A stretch of DNA of 42,582 bases from Actinomycetota bacterium (GCA_052039025.1 JBQGDK010000174.1:1-42582); one strand, 5' to 3'; numbered from the stretch's first letter, positions 17,758 to 26,612 are shown. A program made the numbers and translations. Notes: generated by a model from the letters alone, not told the origin.

Positions 17758-17860
17758 GCACCCGGACCGCCACCAGCCCCACCCCCAGGACCGCCCCCGA
17801 GGTCAGGGCGAACAGCACCATCAGGTACAGGCTCTGCGCGATCTCCCGCGGCAGCGTCAT
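17750..17860 (-). CDS. Unannotated 36-aa single-TM micro-ORF between mraZ and rsmH
   Basis: ATG 17860 is preceded by GAGGAGGAAG. Translation is MTLPREIAQSLYLMVLFALTSGAVLGVGLVAVRVLG. Its TGA (17752-17750) overlaps the rsmH TTG start region. Too short for the supplied track. Confidence 0.4.
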   Translation of the reverse strand: MTLPREIAQSLYLMVLFALTSGAVLGVGLVAVRVLG

Positions 17861-17879
17861 GGCTTCCTCCTCTCGCCCC

Positions 17880-18311
17880 TCACCCACGCGCCGGGGTGAG
17901 GGATCCCGTCTGATACGAGCTCTCCAGCGACTCGGAGTAGCGGGCCCATTCCTCCTCGGGCCAGATCTCCAGCCGGTCCGAGACGCCCACCACGGCGACG
18001 TCCCTGGTCAGCCGGACCTTCTCCCGGAGCCGACGAGGGACCACCAGCCGCCCCTGGCCGTCCAGGTCCACGTGTTCGGCGTTCCCGAAGAACACCCGGT
18101 TGTAGCCGCGCGACTGCGGGTCGGCCAGCGCCCTGTCCTCAATCCGGGCTTTCTCCCGCGTCCACTCCTCGGGGGGGAACGCGTACAGGCAGCCTTCCTG
18201 GCCCAGCGTCAGGTGGACCCCGGCCTTGAACGCCTCCCGGAACTTGCCCGGCAGGCTGATCCGGCCCTTGGGGTCCATCTGGTAGTGGTGCTCACCAAGG
18301 AGCTCCGCCAC
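17880..18311 (-). CDS. mraZ: Transcriptional regulator MraZ
   Basis: VAELLGEHHYQMDPKGRISLPGKFR... and a second SpoVT/AbrB-like half, DGQGRLVVPRRLREK. Trimmed to GTG 18311, which is preceded by GGAGGAGGGGGAGGA; the track start at 18374 lies in the promoter. Confidence 0.9.
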   Translation of the reverse strand: MAELLGEHHYQMDPKGRISLPGKFREAFKAGVHLTLGQEGCLYAFPPEEWTREKARIEDRALADPQSRGYNRVFFGNAEHVDLDGQGRLVVPRRLREKVRLTRDVAVVGVSDRLEIWPEEEWARYSESLESSYQTGSLTPARG

Positions 18312-18340
18312 TCGAGTCCTCCCCCTCCTCCGCTGGCGCT

Positions 18341-18374
18341 CCACTGTTATGCCACTGAGATTCCACCCGGTCAA
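18341..18374 (-). promoter_or_regulatory. Candidate dcw promoter with three MraZ-box-like direct repeats
   Basis: On the gene strand: TTGACC (18374-18369), 17 nt, CATAAC (18351-18346). Three GTGG repeats (plus-strand CCAC at 18341, 18352, 18363) are spaced exactly 11 bp apart across the spacer and -10. Confidence 0.4.
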
Positions 18375-18455
18375 GATGATGGAGCGAATTACAGTGATGA
18401 AAGTTAACGGCTGTGAAACGAGAGGCGGCTGGGTCGAAGGGGCCCGGGGGCCTGG

Positions 18456-18971
18456 CTAGGCCGGGTGCCCGTTCCCGTTCCCGTTCGACGACCGGAGGTA
18501 GGGCTCCCACTCGGGCTCGAGGCGCCCCAGGGAGAGACGGAGCCCGTCGCTGGGCGCGAAGGGCTGTCGGCGCAGGCGGAGACCCACGTCGTCGTGGAGG
18601 CGGTTCTCCTTCCGCGCGTTGCACCGACGGCACGCGGCCACCACGTTCTCCCAGGTGTGGGTCCCGCCCCGGGACCGGGGGATCACGTGGTCGACGTTCT
18701 CGGCATGCCTGCCGCAGTACTGGCAGGTCCAGTCGTCACGGGCGAACACCGCTCGCCGCGTCAGCGAGGCCCGGGCCCGGAACGGCACCCGAACGAAGTA
18801 GTTCAGCCGGACCACGGAGGGCGCCGGGATCTCCAGCCACTGCGAGCGGAAGACCATCCCGTTCGACTCGAGGATCTCGGCCTTCTCCTTGAGGACGAGC
18901 ACCACCGCCCGTCTCGCGGCGACGACCGCGAGCGGAGCGTAGCTCGCGTTCAGGACGAGCGATCTCCCCAA
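18456..18971 (-). CDS. HNH endonuclease
   Basis: 171 aa with CQYCG...VDHVIPRSRGGTHTWENVVAACRRCNARK (HNH with a Cys4 zinc site). TTG start with AAGGAGG SD. A TAGAAT -10-like hexamer lies at 18998-18993. Confidence 0.85.
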   Translation of the reverse strand: MGRSLVLNASYAPLAVVAARRAVVLVLKEKAEILESNGMVFRSQWLEIPAPSVVRLNYFVRVPFRARASLTRRAVFARDDWTCQYCGRHAENVDHVIPRSRGGTHTWENVVAACRRCNARKENRLHDDVGLRLRRQPFAPSDGLRLSLGRLEPEWEPYLRSSNGNGNGHPA

Positions 18972-19140
18972 GCGTTCCCTCCTTCGGGGAGCATTCTACC
19001 GTCGGGCGGACGAACGGCTCGGACGGGATGCTTGACTCGACCGAATCACGGACGTGTAATTCGAGCGGGAAGGCGGCGTCCCAAAGCGTCGACGGCCGAA
19101 GGATGACGGACGCCCATGACGTGGGGCCGCGCGGGGCGTC

Positions 19141-19935
19141 TCAGGGATGAAGGGTGTCGGCCGCGCCGCCTTCCCCTCTGGCCTCCCCGAACCGGCGCAC
19201 CCCGGCCCGGAGCTCGTTCCCCTCCGCCGCCCGACCGCCGCGTCCCTCGATCGCCAGTCCCTGGTCGAGCGGCCTGCCGAAACCCTCGATCACGGAGGCC
19301 CGGTCCGCCAGGAGGCTCACCGCCGGGTAGCCGGCCACGCGCTCCGCCAGTTCCAGCGCCCGCGCGACAGCCTCTCCCGCCGGGACCACCTCCTGGACCA
19401 AGCCGAGGGCCAGGGCCCGGTCGGCGTCGATCTCCTCCCCGGTCTCCAGGACGTACAGCGCGGCCCCCACCCCGATCCGGCGGGCCATCCGCTGGGTTCC
19501 CCCATCCACCCACGGCACGCCCCACCTGCGGCTGAACGCGGCGAAGGTCGCCCCTCGCCCCGCGACCGCGAAGTCGCACCAGCACGCCAGCTCGATACCG
19601 CCAGCGATGCACCATCCCTCGACGGCGGCGATCCGGGGCTTCCCGGGCTCGAGGTCGGAGAAGCCCAGTGGTGCGCGCCGCCGGCCTCCGGCCCGGTCGA
19701 CGATGGCCTCGATGTCCTTCAGATCCGCCCCGGAACAGAAGGCAGCGTCTCCGGCTCCGGTGACCACCATGACTCGCGCGGCGTCGTTCTCCGCGAAGTC
19801 CTCGATGGCCTCCGAGAGCAACCCCGCGGTCTCGGCGTCGATGCAGTTGCGGACCTCCGGCCGATTCAGGGTGACGACCGTCACCGGCCCGCGGCCCTCC
19901 ACCACCACCTTCGGTGCCCTCACCGGCGGAATCAT
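19141..19935 (-). CDS. Enoyl-CoA hydratase/isomerase (crotonase) family protein
   Basis: VTLNRPEVRNCID, AFCSGADLK and AAVEGWCIAGGIELACWCD motifs. Trimmed to ATG 19935; the upstream part of the 425-aa track ORF is antisense to moxR. Confidence 0.85.
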   Translation of the reverse strand: MIPPVRAPKVVVEGRGPVTVVTLNRPEVRNCIDAETAGLLSEAIEDFAENDAARVMVVTGAGDAAFCSGADLKDIEAIVDRAGGRRRAPLGFSDLEPGKPRIAAVEGWCIAGGIELACWCDFAVAGRGATFAAFSRRWGVPWVDGGTQRMARRIGVGAALYVLETGEEIDADRALALGLVQEVVPAGEAVARALELAERVAGYPAVSLLADRASVIEGFGRPLDQGLAIEGRGGRAAEGNELRAGVRRFGEARGEGGAADTLHP

Positions 19936-20017
19936 ACGGGGAGAACCTTCAGCCTCGCCGGGCCGTAAGATTGGGTGGCGGGCCGTGACGGCCGTTCCGT
20001 CGATCCCGGGAGACAGG

Positions 20018-20974
20018 GTGGCGCAACCGGACTGGAACTGGTTCGAGAAGCAGTTCGCCGAGATCCGCGGCAACATCGAGACGGTCATCCAGGGCAAGCG
20101 CGAGGAGATCCGGCTGGCCCTGGTGACGCTGCTGTCCGAAGGCCATCTCCTGATCGAGGACGTCCCCGGCGTGGGCAAGACCATGCTGGCCAAGGCCATG
20201 GCCCGCTCGTTCGACTGCTCCTTCCGGCGGATCCAGTTCACCCCCGACCTGCTGCCCACCGACATCACCGGGGTGAACGTGTACAACCAGGAGCGGGGGG
20301 ACTTCGAGTTCAAGCCCGGCGCGATCTTCGCCAACATCGTCCTCGGGGACGAGATCAACCGGGCCAGCCCCAAGACCCAGTCTGCGCTCCTCGAGTCGAT
20401 GGAGGAGCGCCAGGTCACGGTGGACGCCGTGAGCTACCAGCTCGGGGTGCCGTTCATGGTGGTGGCCACCCAGAACCCCATCGAGCACGAGGGCACCTAT
20501 CCCCTCCCGGAGGCTCAGCTCGACCGGTTCATGATGCGGCTGGCCATCGGGTACCCGGAGGCCGAGTCGGAGGTCGAGATCCTGGCCACGCACGGGAGCC
20601 ACTCCACGCTCGAGGACATCGGTCCCGTCACCGACGCCTCCGGCGCCGCCCGGATGATCGCCGCCGCCCGTGAGGTGTTCGTGGCCGAGTCGCTCCGCCG
20701 GTACATCGTGGATCTGGCCGAGGCCACCCGCCGCCACCCCGACGTCTACCTGGGGGCCAGCCCCCGGGCCTCGATCATGCTGCTCCGGGCCACCAGGGCC
20801 ATGGCGGCTTCGGACGGACGGGACTACGCCATCCCCGACGACATCAAGGCGCTGGCGATCCCGGTGCTGGCGCACCGACTGATCGTCTCGGCCGACGCCG
20901 CGATGAGCGGGCGAAACGCCGAGACGATCCTGGCCGAGGCGCTCGACGAGGTTCCGGTCCCCGTGACCGGGTAG
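20018..20974 (+). CDS. MoxR-family AAA+ ATPase
   Basis: Walker A EDVPGVGKT, Walker B IVLGDEINRASPKTQSALLE, VVATQNPIE.EGTYPLPEAQLDRF. GTG 20018 has a GGGAGA SD (alternative GTG at 19985). Confidence 0.9.
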   Translation: MAQPDWNWFEKQFAEIRGNIETVIQGKREEIRLALVTLLSEGHLLIEDVPGVGKTMLAKAMARSFDCSFRRIQFTPDLLPTDITGVNVYNQERGDFEFKPGAIFANIVLGDEINRASPKTQSALLESMEERQVTVDAVSYQLGVPFMVVATQNPIEHEGTYPLPEAQLDRFMMRLAIGYPEAESEVEILATHGSHSTLEDIGPVTDASGAARMIAAAREVFVAESLRRYIVDLAEATRRHPDVYLGASPRASIMLLRATRAMAASDGRDYAIPDDIKALAIPVLAHRLIVSADAAMSGRNAETILAEALDEVPVPVTG

Positions 20975-20976
20975 CC

Positions 20977-22212
20977 GTGCTGACCACCCGGGCCTGGGCC
21001 GTCATCTGTGGAGCTCTCGCCCTGTGGCTCACGTCCCGGGCGCTGGGCGCGCCCGACCTCCACATGGCGTCGGTCGGGCTCCTGGCGTTGGTCCCGCTGT
21101 CGGCGCTGCTGGTCCGGACGGCCCGGCACGACCTCGGCGCGACCCGTCGGCTGTCGCTTCGTCGGGTGTTCCCAGGGACGAAGGTCCGCGTGGACCTCGA
21201 CCTCCGCAACCGCGGGCGCCGCCGGACCTCGCTGCTCCTGCTCGAGGACCGGCTCCCCCATTCCCTCGGGATCCCGGCCAGGGCGGTCACCGGGGAGATC
21301 CGGCCGGGGGCCGGGCACACGGTCTCCTACCACTTCACGCCCCGGGCCAGGGGCAGGTACACCATCGGGCCGCTCTCGGCGTGGGTGGCGGACCCCTTCG
21401 ACCTCGTCCGCCAGCGGATCGACTTCGGCGACCGGCACGACGTCGTGGTGTATCCGGCCGTCGAGGATCTCGGGCAGGCGCCGTCGGCGGCGCCGGTCGG
21501 CGGCGCCGGCGAGTCCTCCACCCGCCAGCTGTTCCGGTCCGGCGACGACTTCTACACGATGCGTGGCTACGAGATCGGCGACGACCTCCGGAAGATCCAC
21601 TGGCCGAGCGTGGCCCGGACAGGCGAGCTCATGATCCGGCAGGACGAGGCGGTCCGTCGGGCCTCGGCGGTGCTGTTCCTCGACACCAGGGTCTCCGCCC
21701 TGGGCGAGTGGCCGGAGGCCTTCGAGCGCGCCGTGTCGGTGGCCGCCTCGATCGGGGCGCACCACCTCCGGGCCGGCTTCACGCTCCGGCTCGCCCTGGC
21801 CGACACGCCGGCCCAGCCGGTCGACACGGACGGGTTCCTAGAGCTGCTGGCGATGGTTCGGCCATCGCTGGCCCGCCAGCTGACGCCGAGCCTCCGGGGG
21901 CTCCGGCCGGCCGCCGCCACCGCCACCTCCCTCGTGGTGGTGACCCACGTGCCGCCGCCCGAGGAGGTCGCCGCGCTCAGCCGGCTGTCCGGTGGGTTCG
22001 CCACCCGGCTGGCCGTGCTGATCCACTCGCGGGAGGCCGGGGAGCCGGGCCTGCCGGCGAGCCGAGAGGACGATCGGGTCGCTCACGCGGCCCGATCCTC
22101 ACTGACCCGGGCGGGGTGGGAGGTGCTCCTCCTCCGCCCCTCGGGGAGGCTGCGAGAGATATGGGATCTGCGGGACAAGCGACCGGCCAGACGGACCGCC
22201 GCGTCCTCCTAG
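20977..22212 (+). CDS. DUF58 (vWA-like) protein, MoxR partner
   Basis: Two N-terminal TMs, an Ig-like segment (VRVDLDLRNRG...YHFTPRARGRYTIGP), then the DUF58 signature DFYTMRGYEIGDDLRKIHWPSVARTGELMIRQDE. Starts 2 nt after the moxR stop. Confidence 0.85.
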   Translation: MLTTRAWAVICGALALWLTSRALGAPDLHMASVGLLALVPLSALLVRTARHDLGATRRLSLRRVFPGTKVRVDLDLRNRGRRRTSLLLLEDRLPHSLGIPARAVTGEIRPGAGHTVSYHFTPRARGRYTIGPLSAWVADPFDLVRQRIDFGDRHDVVVYPAVEDLGQAPSAAPVGGAGESSTRQLFRSGDDFYTMRGYEIGDDLRKIHWPSVARTGELMIRQDEAVRRASAVLFLDTRVSALGEWPEAFERAVSVAASIGAHHLRAGFTLRLALADTPAQPVDTDGFLELLAMVRPSLARQLTPSLRGLRPAAATATSLVVVTHVPPPEEVAALSRLSGGFATRLAVLIHSREAGEPGLPASREDDRVAHAARSSLTRAGWEVLLLRPSGRLREIWDLRDKRPARRTAASS

Positions 22213-24380
22213 CGGCGCTGCTGGCCCTCGGGGCGGTCACCGGGGCCTCGTTCGGACGCGTGTTCATCGGCACGTGGCCGGCCGTCCGCCTCGCCGTGGC
22301 CGGGCTCGCGGCGGTCGGCCTGGCCGCGCTCCTGGCCCGGCGCCACCTCGCCTTGTCCCTCCTGGGCTCCGCCGCCGGCCTGGTGCTGGCCCTGGGCGTC
22401 CTGGCGTTTCCCCGGACGACCTGGGCCGGCATCCCCACCGATGACACGATCGGGGCGATCATCCGGGCCATGCAGCGGGTCGGCGAGCGGGCCTCGGCCG
22501 AGGTCGCCCCGGCTCCCCCGCTCGCCTCGCTCATGGCGGCGAGCGTGATCGCCGTGTGGGCGTCGGCCACCGCCTCCCACGCCCTGGCGATCCGGGCCCG
22601 GAGCGCCGTCCTCCCGCTGTTCCCTCCCGCCGCCCTGCTGGCGTTCGCCGGGGTGGTCACCGACGAGGGGCCGCGCCCGGGCTACGTGGTGGCGTTCCTG
22701 GCGGTCGCCTTCGCGGTGTTGTTCGGCGGGGCGCTCCTGCGACTGCGGTCCTGGGGCCCGTCCCTGAGCGGGCGGGCCGGCGGCGATGGGGCCCGGTGGG
22801 CCCGGATGCTCGGCCTCGCCGCCCTCGGTGTGGCCCTGGTCGTACCCGGGGTGCTGCCCGGGCTCGAAGGGGGACCGGTCCTCCGGCTGAACCGACCCGA
22901 CGCGCGCGTCACGATCAGCCCGATCGTGGACATCCGCCCGAGCCTGCTCCAGCGCCCCCCGGCGGACCTGTTCACGGTCCAGACCGACACCGCGGCGTAC
23001 TGGCGACTGGTGACCCTCGATCGGTTCGACGGGCGCCTGTGGAGCCCCTCGGACGCCGAGGCCCGTGACGGCGACGCGGTCGACACGCCCTTCGACACGC
23101 TCAGCGGCGTGCGGCCCATCCAGGCGACCCGGATCGAGCACACCGTCGAGATCGGCGAACTCTCCTCGCCGTGGCTGCCGGCCGCGTACCGGCCGACCAG
23201 CGTGGCCATGGAAGGCATCGACGCGAGATGGGACCCCGAGGCCGGCATGCTCGTCGCCGAGGACGAACTGGAGCCCGCCTTCCGCTACCGGGTGATCTCC
23301 TTCTCGCCGGAACCATCGCCCGAGCGCCTCGACCGCCTCGATCCCCGAGACACGGGGCCGCGGCTGACGGGACTTCCCCTCCGGACGCCGGAGCGGGTGT
23401 ACGCGATCGCCGCGAACCTGACCGAGGACGCCGAGACGCCCTTCGGCAAGCTCTTGGCGATCCAGGACCACCTCCGTGAGTTCACCTACGACGAGCGAGC
23501 GCCCGCCGGGCACGGGATCGACGACCTCCTGTTCTTCCTGGAGAAGTCCCGCCGCGGATACTGCGAGCAGTTCGCCGGGTCGATGGCCGTCCTCGCCAGG
23601 GCCCTCGGGTACCCGGCCCGGGTCGCGCTGGGGTTCCAGGCGGGCGACCCGGACCGGACCGGCCGGTACCGGATCACGACCGGCGACGTGCACGTGTGGC
23701 CCGAGATCCTGTTCCCCCAGTACGGCTGGGTGGCGTTCGAGCCCACCCCGACCAGGACGAACCCGACCGCCGATTACCTCACGGAGGTCCCGGCCGGGCT
23801 GGCGCCGGGCCCGGCCGGCCCGGGGGGCGAGCTCGACCCGGCGTCGGCGAGCGGCACGAACGCCAGCCAACGCGAGGCGTTCGCGAACGAGGAACCGCCG
23901 ATCCCGCCCCTCCCGCTCCCCGACCGGGCCGGCCCGGAGACCGACCAGGGCTTCCCGCTCCGGGAGGTCATGGTCGGGCTCCTGGCCCTGGCCGTGATCG
24001 GGCTCGTCCTGACCCCTCCGGTCAAGGCCGTGGTCCGGCGGGCCGCGGTGACCCGCGCCCGGACCCCCCGGCACCGGGCCATGGCCGCGTTCCGGGTGCT
24101 GGAGGCCGGGGCCGCCGACCTCGGGCTGGGCAGGGCCCCCGGCGAGACACCGTGGGAGTACCGGGCCAGGCTGTCGAGGGTCGGGCTCACCGGCCACGAC
24201 CTCGACCGGCTGACGGGCATCGCCGGTCGGGCGATGTACGCCCCGGGGGACCTTCCCCCGGAGCAGGCCCGGGAGGCCGTGGCAGCAGCCCGGAGCGCGC
24301 TGCGCGACCTTCGGCGTCGCTCTGGGTTCGTGCGGTCGGTGGCCGGGGCCCTGCGCCCCCCGGTGCGGACCTCGCGCTAG
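22161..24380 (+). CDS. Transglutaminase-domain membrane protein (TgpA-like)
   Basis: An N-terminal multi-TM region, then the transglutaminase core GYCEQFAGSMAVLARALGYPARV...DVHVWPEILF...GWVAFEPTP, a late TM, and a C-terminal PWEYRARL tail. Start uncertain: ATG 22161 overlaps the DUF58 gene by 52 nt. Confidence 0.85.
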   Translation: MGSAGQATGQTDRRVLLAALLALGAVTGASFGRVFIGTWPAVRLAVAGLAAVGLAALLARRHLALSLLGSAAGLVLALGVLAFPRTTWAGIPTDDTIGAIIRAMQRVGERASAEVAPAPPLASLMAASVIAVWASATASHALAIRARSAVLPLFPPAALLAFAGVVTDEGPRPGYVVAFLAVAFAVLFGGALLRLRSWGPSLSGRAGGDGARWARMLGLAALGVALVVPGVLPGLEGGPVLRLNRPDARVTISPIVDIRPSLLQRPPADLFTVQTDTAAYWRLVTLDRFDGRLWSPSDAEARDGDAVDTPFDTLSGVRPIQATRIEHTVEIGELSSPWLPAAYRPTSVAMEGIDARWDPEAGMLVAEDELEPAFRYRVISFSPEPSPERLDRLDPRDTGPRLTGLPLRTPERVYAIAANLTEDAETPFGKLLAIQDHLREFTYDERAPAGHGIDDLLFFLEKSRRGYCEQFAGSMAVLARALGYPARVALGFQAGDPDRTGRYRITTGDVHVWPEILFPQYGWVAFEPTPTRTNPTADYLTEVPAGLAPGPAGPGGELDPASASGTNASQREAFANEEPPIPPLPLPDRAGPETDQGFPLREVMVGLLALAVIGLVLTPPVKAVVRRAAVTRARTPRHRAMAAFRVLEAGAADLGLGRAPGETPWEYRARLSRVGLTGHDLDRLTGIAGRAMYAPGDLPPEQAREAVAAARSALRDLRRRSGFVRSVAGALRPPVRTSR

Positions 24381-24865
24381 GCCTGGGCCTCGTCGCCGAC
24401 CTGGCGGGCCGCGTCCCGGAGCGCCCGGATGAACTGGTCGCGGTCCCGCCGGAACACCGCGACGTCCTCGTCGACGGAGCGAGCGATCTGGTCGATGGCG
24501 ACGAAGAACGCCATCTGTCCCTGCCGGAGGGCGTCCACGACCTCGCCTCTGCGCCGCGCCACCTTGAAGATGCTGACGCCATCGGTGATCAGCTTGACCT
24601 CGGACAGGTGGCCCTCGAGGTCCGCGTTCTCCCGCAGGTACTCGAAGGCCCGCCGAACGCGCTGGAGGGACATGCCGCCGTCCAGGAGCGAGCGAACCAC
24701 CCGCAGGGCGACGAGATCACGGAAGGAGTACAGGCGGGGGACTCCTGAACGTCCCCCCGTGCGCTGGATCGACGGCGGGACGAGCCCGATCTGATCCCAG
24801 TACCGAAGCTGGCGCGGCGTGCAACCGGTCAGCCTCGACGCCTGATGCGACGTGAACGCGTCCAC
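24377..24865 (-). CDS. MerR family transcriptional regulator
   Basis: N-terminal HTH (QASRLTGCTPRQLRYWDQIGLVPP...YSFRDLVALRVVRSLLDGGMSLQRVR). GTG start with GGAGGGG SD. Confidence 0.85.
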   Translation of the reverse strand: MDAFTSHQASRLTGCTPRQLRYWDQIGLVPPSIQRTGGRSGVPRLYSFRDLVALRVVRSLLDGGMSLQRVRRAFEYLRENADLEGHLSEVKLITDGVSIFKVARRRGEVVDALRQGQMAFFVAIDQIARSVDEDVAVFRRDRDQFIRALRDAARQVGDEAQA

Positions 24866-25007
24866 TGCCCCTCCGTTCCCCGAGCCTCGACTTCACGTGG
24901 ACGCGGCCGCGGTCGCGCCCCGGGGGAAGAACGGAAAGGTTTGTAGACCATCGCGTGACCCGGAGGCAACACCGCTGGTAGATGCGACGCCGGGAGGCGT
25001 GAACCCC

Positions 25008-25376
25008 TCAGTCGGCCGAGGGTGGTTCGCCCCGGAACCGCTGGCTCCATCGGGCCAGCAGGCCCGGGACCGAGAACCGACCCGAGGTGCCGAGCGCGCG
25101 GGCCTGATCGCCGGTGATCCGGCGAAGCTCGTTGTACACGAACAGAGCCGAGACCAGCATGATCCCGAAGCCGGCGATGGCGAGCCAGACCGACACCGCG
25201 AACAGCATCAGGAGGACGAAGCCGGCCCCGAACACGACCCCGCCCCACCGCAGGCGGCGAGCGACGTGGGAATGGAGGGAGCTCCGGGCCACCTGCTGGG
25301 CGAACCGGGGGTCTTCCTCCTGGAGCCGGCGCTCGATGTCCTCCAGGATTCGCTGCTCGTGCTCTGACAGCGGCAT
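25008..25376 (-). CDS. DUF3040 membrane protein
   Basis: MPLSEHEQRILEDIERRLQEEDPRF followed by two TMs, which is the DUF3040 pattern common in Actinomycetota. Confidence 0.8.
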   Translation of the reverse strand: MPLSEHEQRILEDIERRLQEEDPRFAQQVARSSLHSHVARRLRWGGVVFGAGFVLLMLFAVSVWLAIAGFGIMLVSALFVYNELRRITGDQARALGTSGRFSVPGLLARWSQRFRGEPPSAD

Positions 25377-25407
25377 CGCTCCGACCCTTCCTTACCCAGG
25401 CCTTCGC

Positions 25408-25413
25408 ATTATA
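25408..25413 (-). promoter_or_regulatory. Perfect TATAAT -10 hexamer upstream of the DUF3040 gene
   Basis: Gene-strand TATAAT lies 32 nt upstream of ATG 25376, in a 54-bp low-GC spacer. No good -35. Confidence 0.35.
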
Positions 25414-25430
25414 GGAACGGACGGCGGATC

Positions 25431-26612
25431 TTACCTGCCCTCCGGCCCGAGGAGGGAGGCGGGCAGGGCGGCTCCCTCGCCGAACCGCCGCTCGATCCGA
25501 TCGACGGCCCGCTCCGCGTCGCCCCACCGCCCCGCGCGGACCAGCGCCAGCTGATCGGCTCCCGCCGGAACCAGCCCCGACGCGGCCACGCCGAGGAGGC
25601 GGATCCGACGGCGGGCCCCGGGGATGGCCCGATACAGATCGGCCACGACGCTGGAGAGCTCGGTTCCCACATCGGTGGGATCGGGCAGCGTCCTCGACCG
25701 GTTGAGCGTGGCGAAGCTGGCCAGGCGCACCTTGATCGACGCCGTCCGGGCCCGGTAGCCCTCGGACCGCAGGCGAGCCGCCACCCGAAGCGAGAGCCGC
25801 AGGAGCTCCCGCAGCACATCCTCCTCGGCGTCGAGGTCGCGGTCGAACGTCTCCTCGTGACTGACCTGCTTGGGGGCCTCGTACGGGACCACCGGGCGAT
25901 CGTCGTGGCCACCCGCCAACGCGGCCAGGTGGCGGGCGTGGGCCTCGCCGAGCGCCCGCTCGAGCACCCGGACCGGGACCGCTGCCAGCTGGCCGACGGT
26001 CCGAGCGCCCAGGCGCTCCAGCACCTCGTGGGTGCGCTCCCCCACCCCCCACAGCGCCCGGACCGGCAGCGGGTGGAGAAAGCCGAGGACCTCGCCGGCG
26101 GCCACCACGACCACGCCGTCGGGCTTCGCCGCCGCAGACGCCAGCTTCGCCAGGAACTTGTTCGGCGCCACCCCCACCGAGCAGGTCAGCGACAGCTCGT
26201 CCCGAACCCGGGACCGGACCGCGGCGGCGATCTCGGCCGGCGGCCCGAACAGCCGCGTGGCCCCCGATACGTCGAGGAAGGCCTCGTCGAGCGCCAGCGG
26301 CTCGACGAACGGGGTGAACGACAGGAGCACCTCGCGGAGGCGCGTCGAGTACGCGCGGTACGCGGAGAAGTCGGGGGGGGCGAACACCGCCTGGGGGCAC
26401 AGCCGCCGGGCCCGAGCCGAGGGCATGGCCGAGGACACGCCGAACCGACGGGCCTCGTACGAGGCCGACATCACCACGCCGCGGGCGCCGGCGCCGCCCA
26501 CGACCACGGGCCGTCCGCGGAGCGCCGGATCCTTCAGGACCTCGACCGAGGCGTAGAAGGCGTCCATGTCGACGTGGAGGATCGGCTCGGCCGGGGACGT
26601 CCGGCCGCTCAC
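25431..26612 (-). CDS. dinB: DNA polymerase IV (Y-family, DinB type, catalytic residues intact)
   Basis: HVDMDAFYASVE, SASYEARRFGV, LDEAFLDVS, GVAPNKFLAKLAS, and a clamp-binding-like QLALV near the C-terminus. GTG 26612 forms a GTGA overlap with the MFS stop. Confidence 0.9.
   Translation of the reverse strand: MSGRTSPAEPILHVDMDAFYASVEVLKDPALRGRPVVVGGAGARGVVMSASYEARRFGVSSAMPSARARRLCPQAVFAPPDFSAYRAYSTRLREVLLSFTPFVEPLALDEAFLDVSGATRLFGPPAEIAAAVRSRVRDELSLTCSVGVAPNKFLAKLASAAAKPDGVVVVAAGEVLGFLHPLPVRALWGVGERTHEVLERLGARTVGQLAAVPVRVLERALGEAHARHLAALAGGHDDRPVVPYEAPKQVSHEETFDRDLDAEEDVLRELLRLSLRVAARLRSEGYRARTASIKVRLASFATLNRSRTLPDPTDVGTELSSVVADLYRAIPGARRRIRLLGVAASGLVPAGADQLALVRAGRWGDAERAVDRIERRFGEGAALPASLLGPEGR

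Noticed and set aside
18468-18486. Tandem hexanucleotide repeat (CCGTTC x3) at the 3-prime end of the HNH gene, encoding NGNGNG.
   Set aside because: It is short and in frame and simply encodes a flexible C-terminal tail. There is no evidence for phase variation or a larger repeat array.
19109-19140. Inverted repeat GACGCCC...GGGCGTC just downstream of the crotonase stop, considered as a terminator.
   Set aside because: The stem is only 7 bp with an 18-nt loop and no U tract. That is too weak to call.
19116-19535. Plus-strand 139-aa ORF and a 15-aa mini-ORF (ATG 19104) downstream of the orphan promoter.
   Set aside because: The 139-aa ORF is Pro/Arg-rich shadow sequence antisense to the crotonase. 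The mini-ORF has only a weak SD and nothing to support translation.
24377-24380. The convergent transglutaminase and merR genes share a palindromic CTAG, so each stop codon is the reverse complement of the other.
   Set aside because: A curiosity of compact genomes. No functional implication can be supported from sequence.
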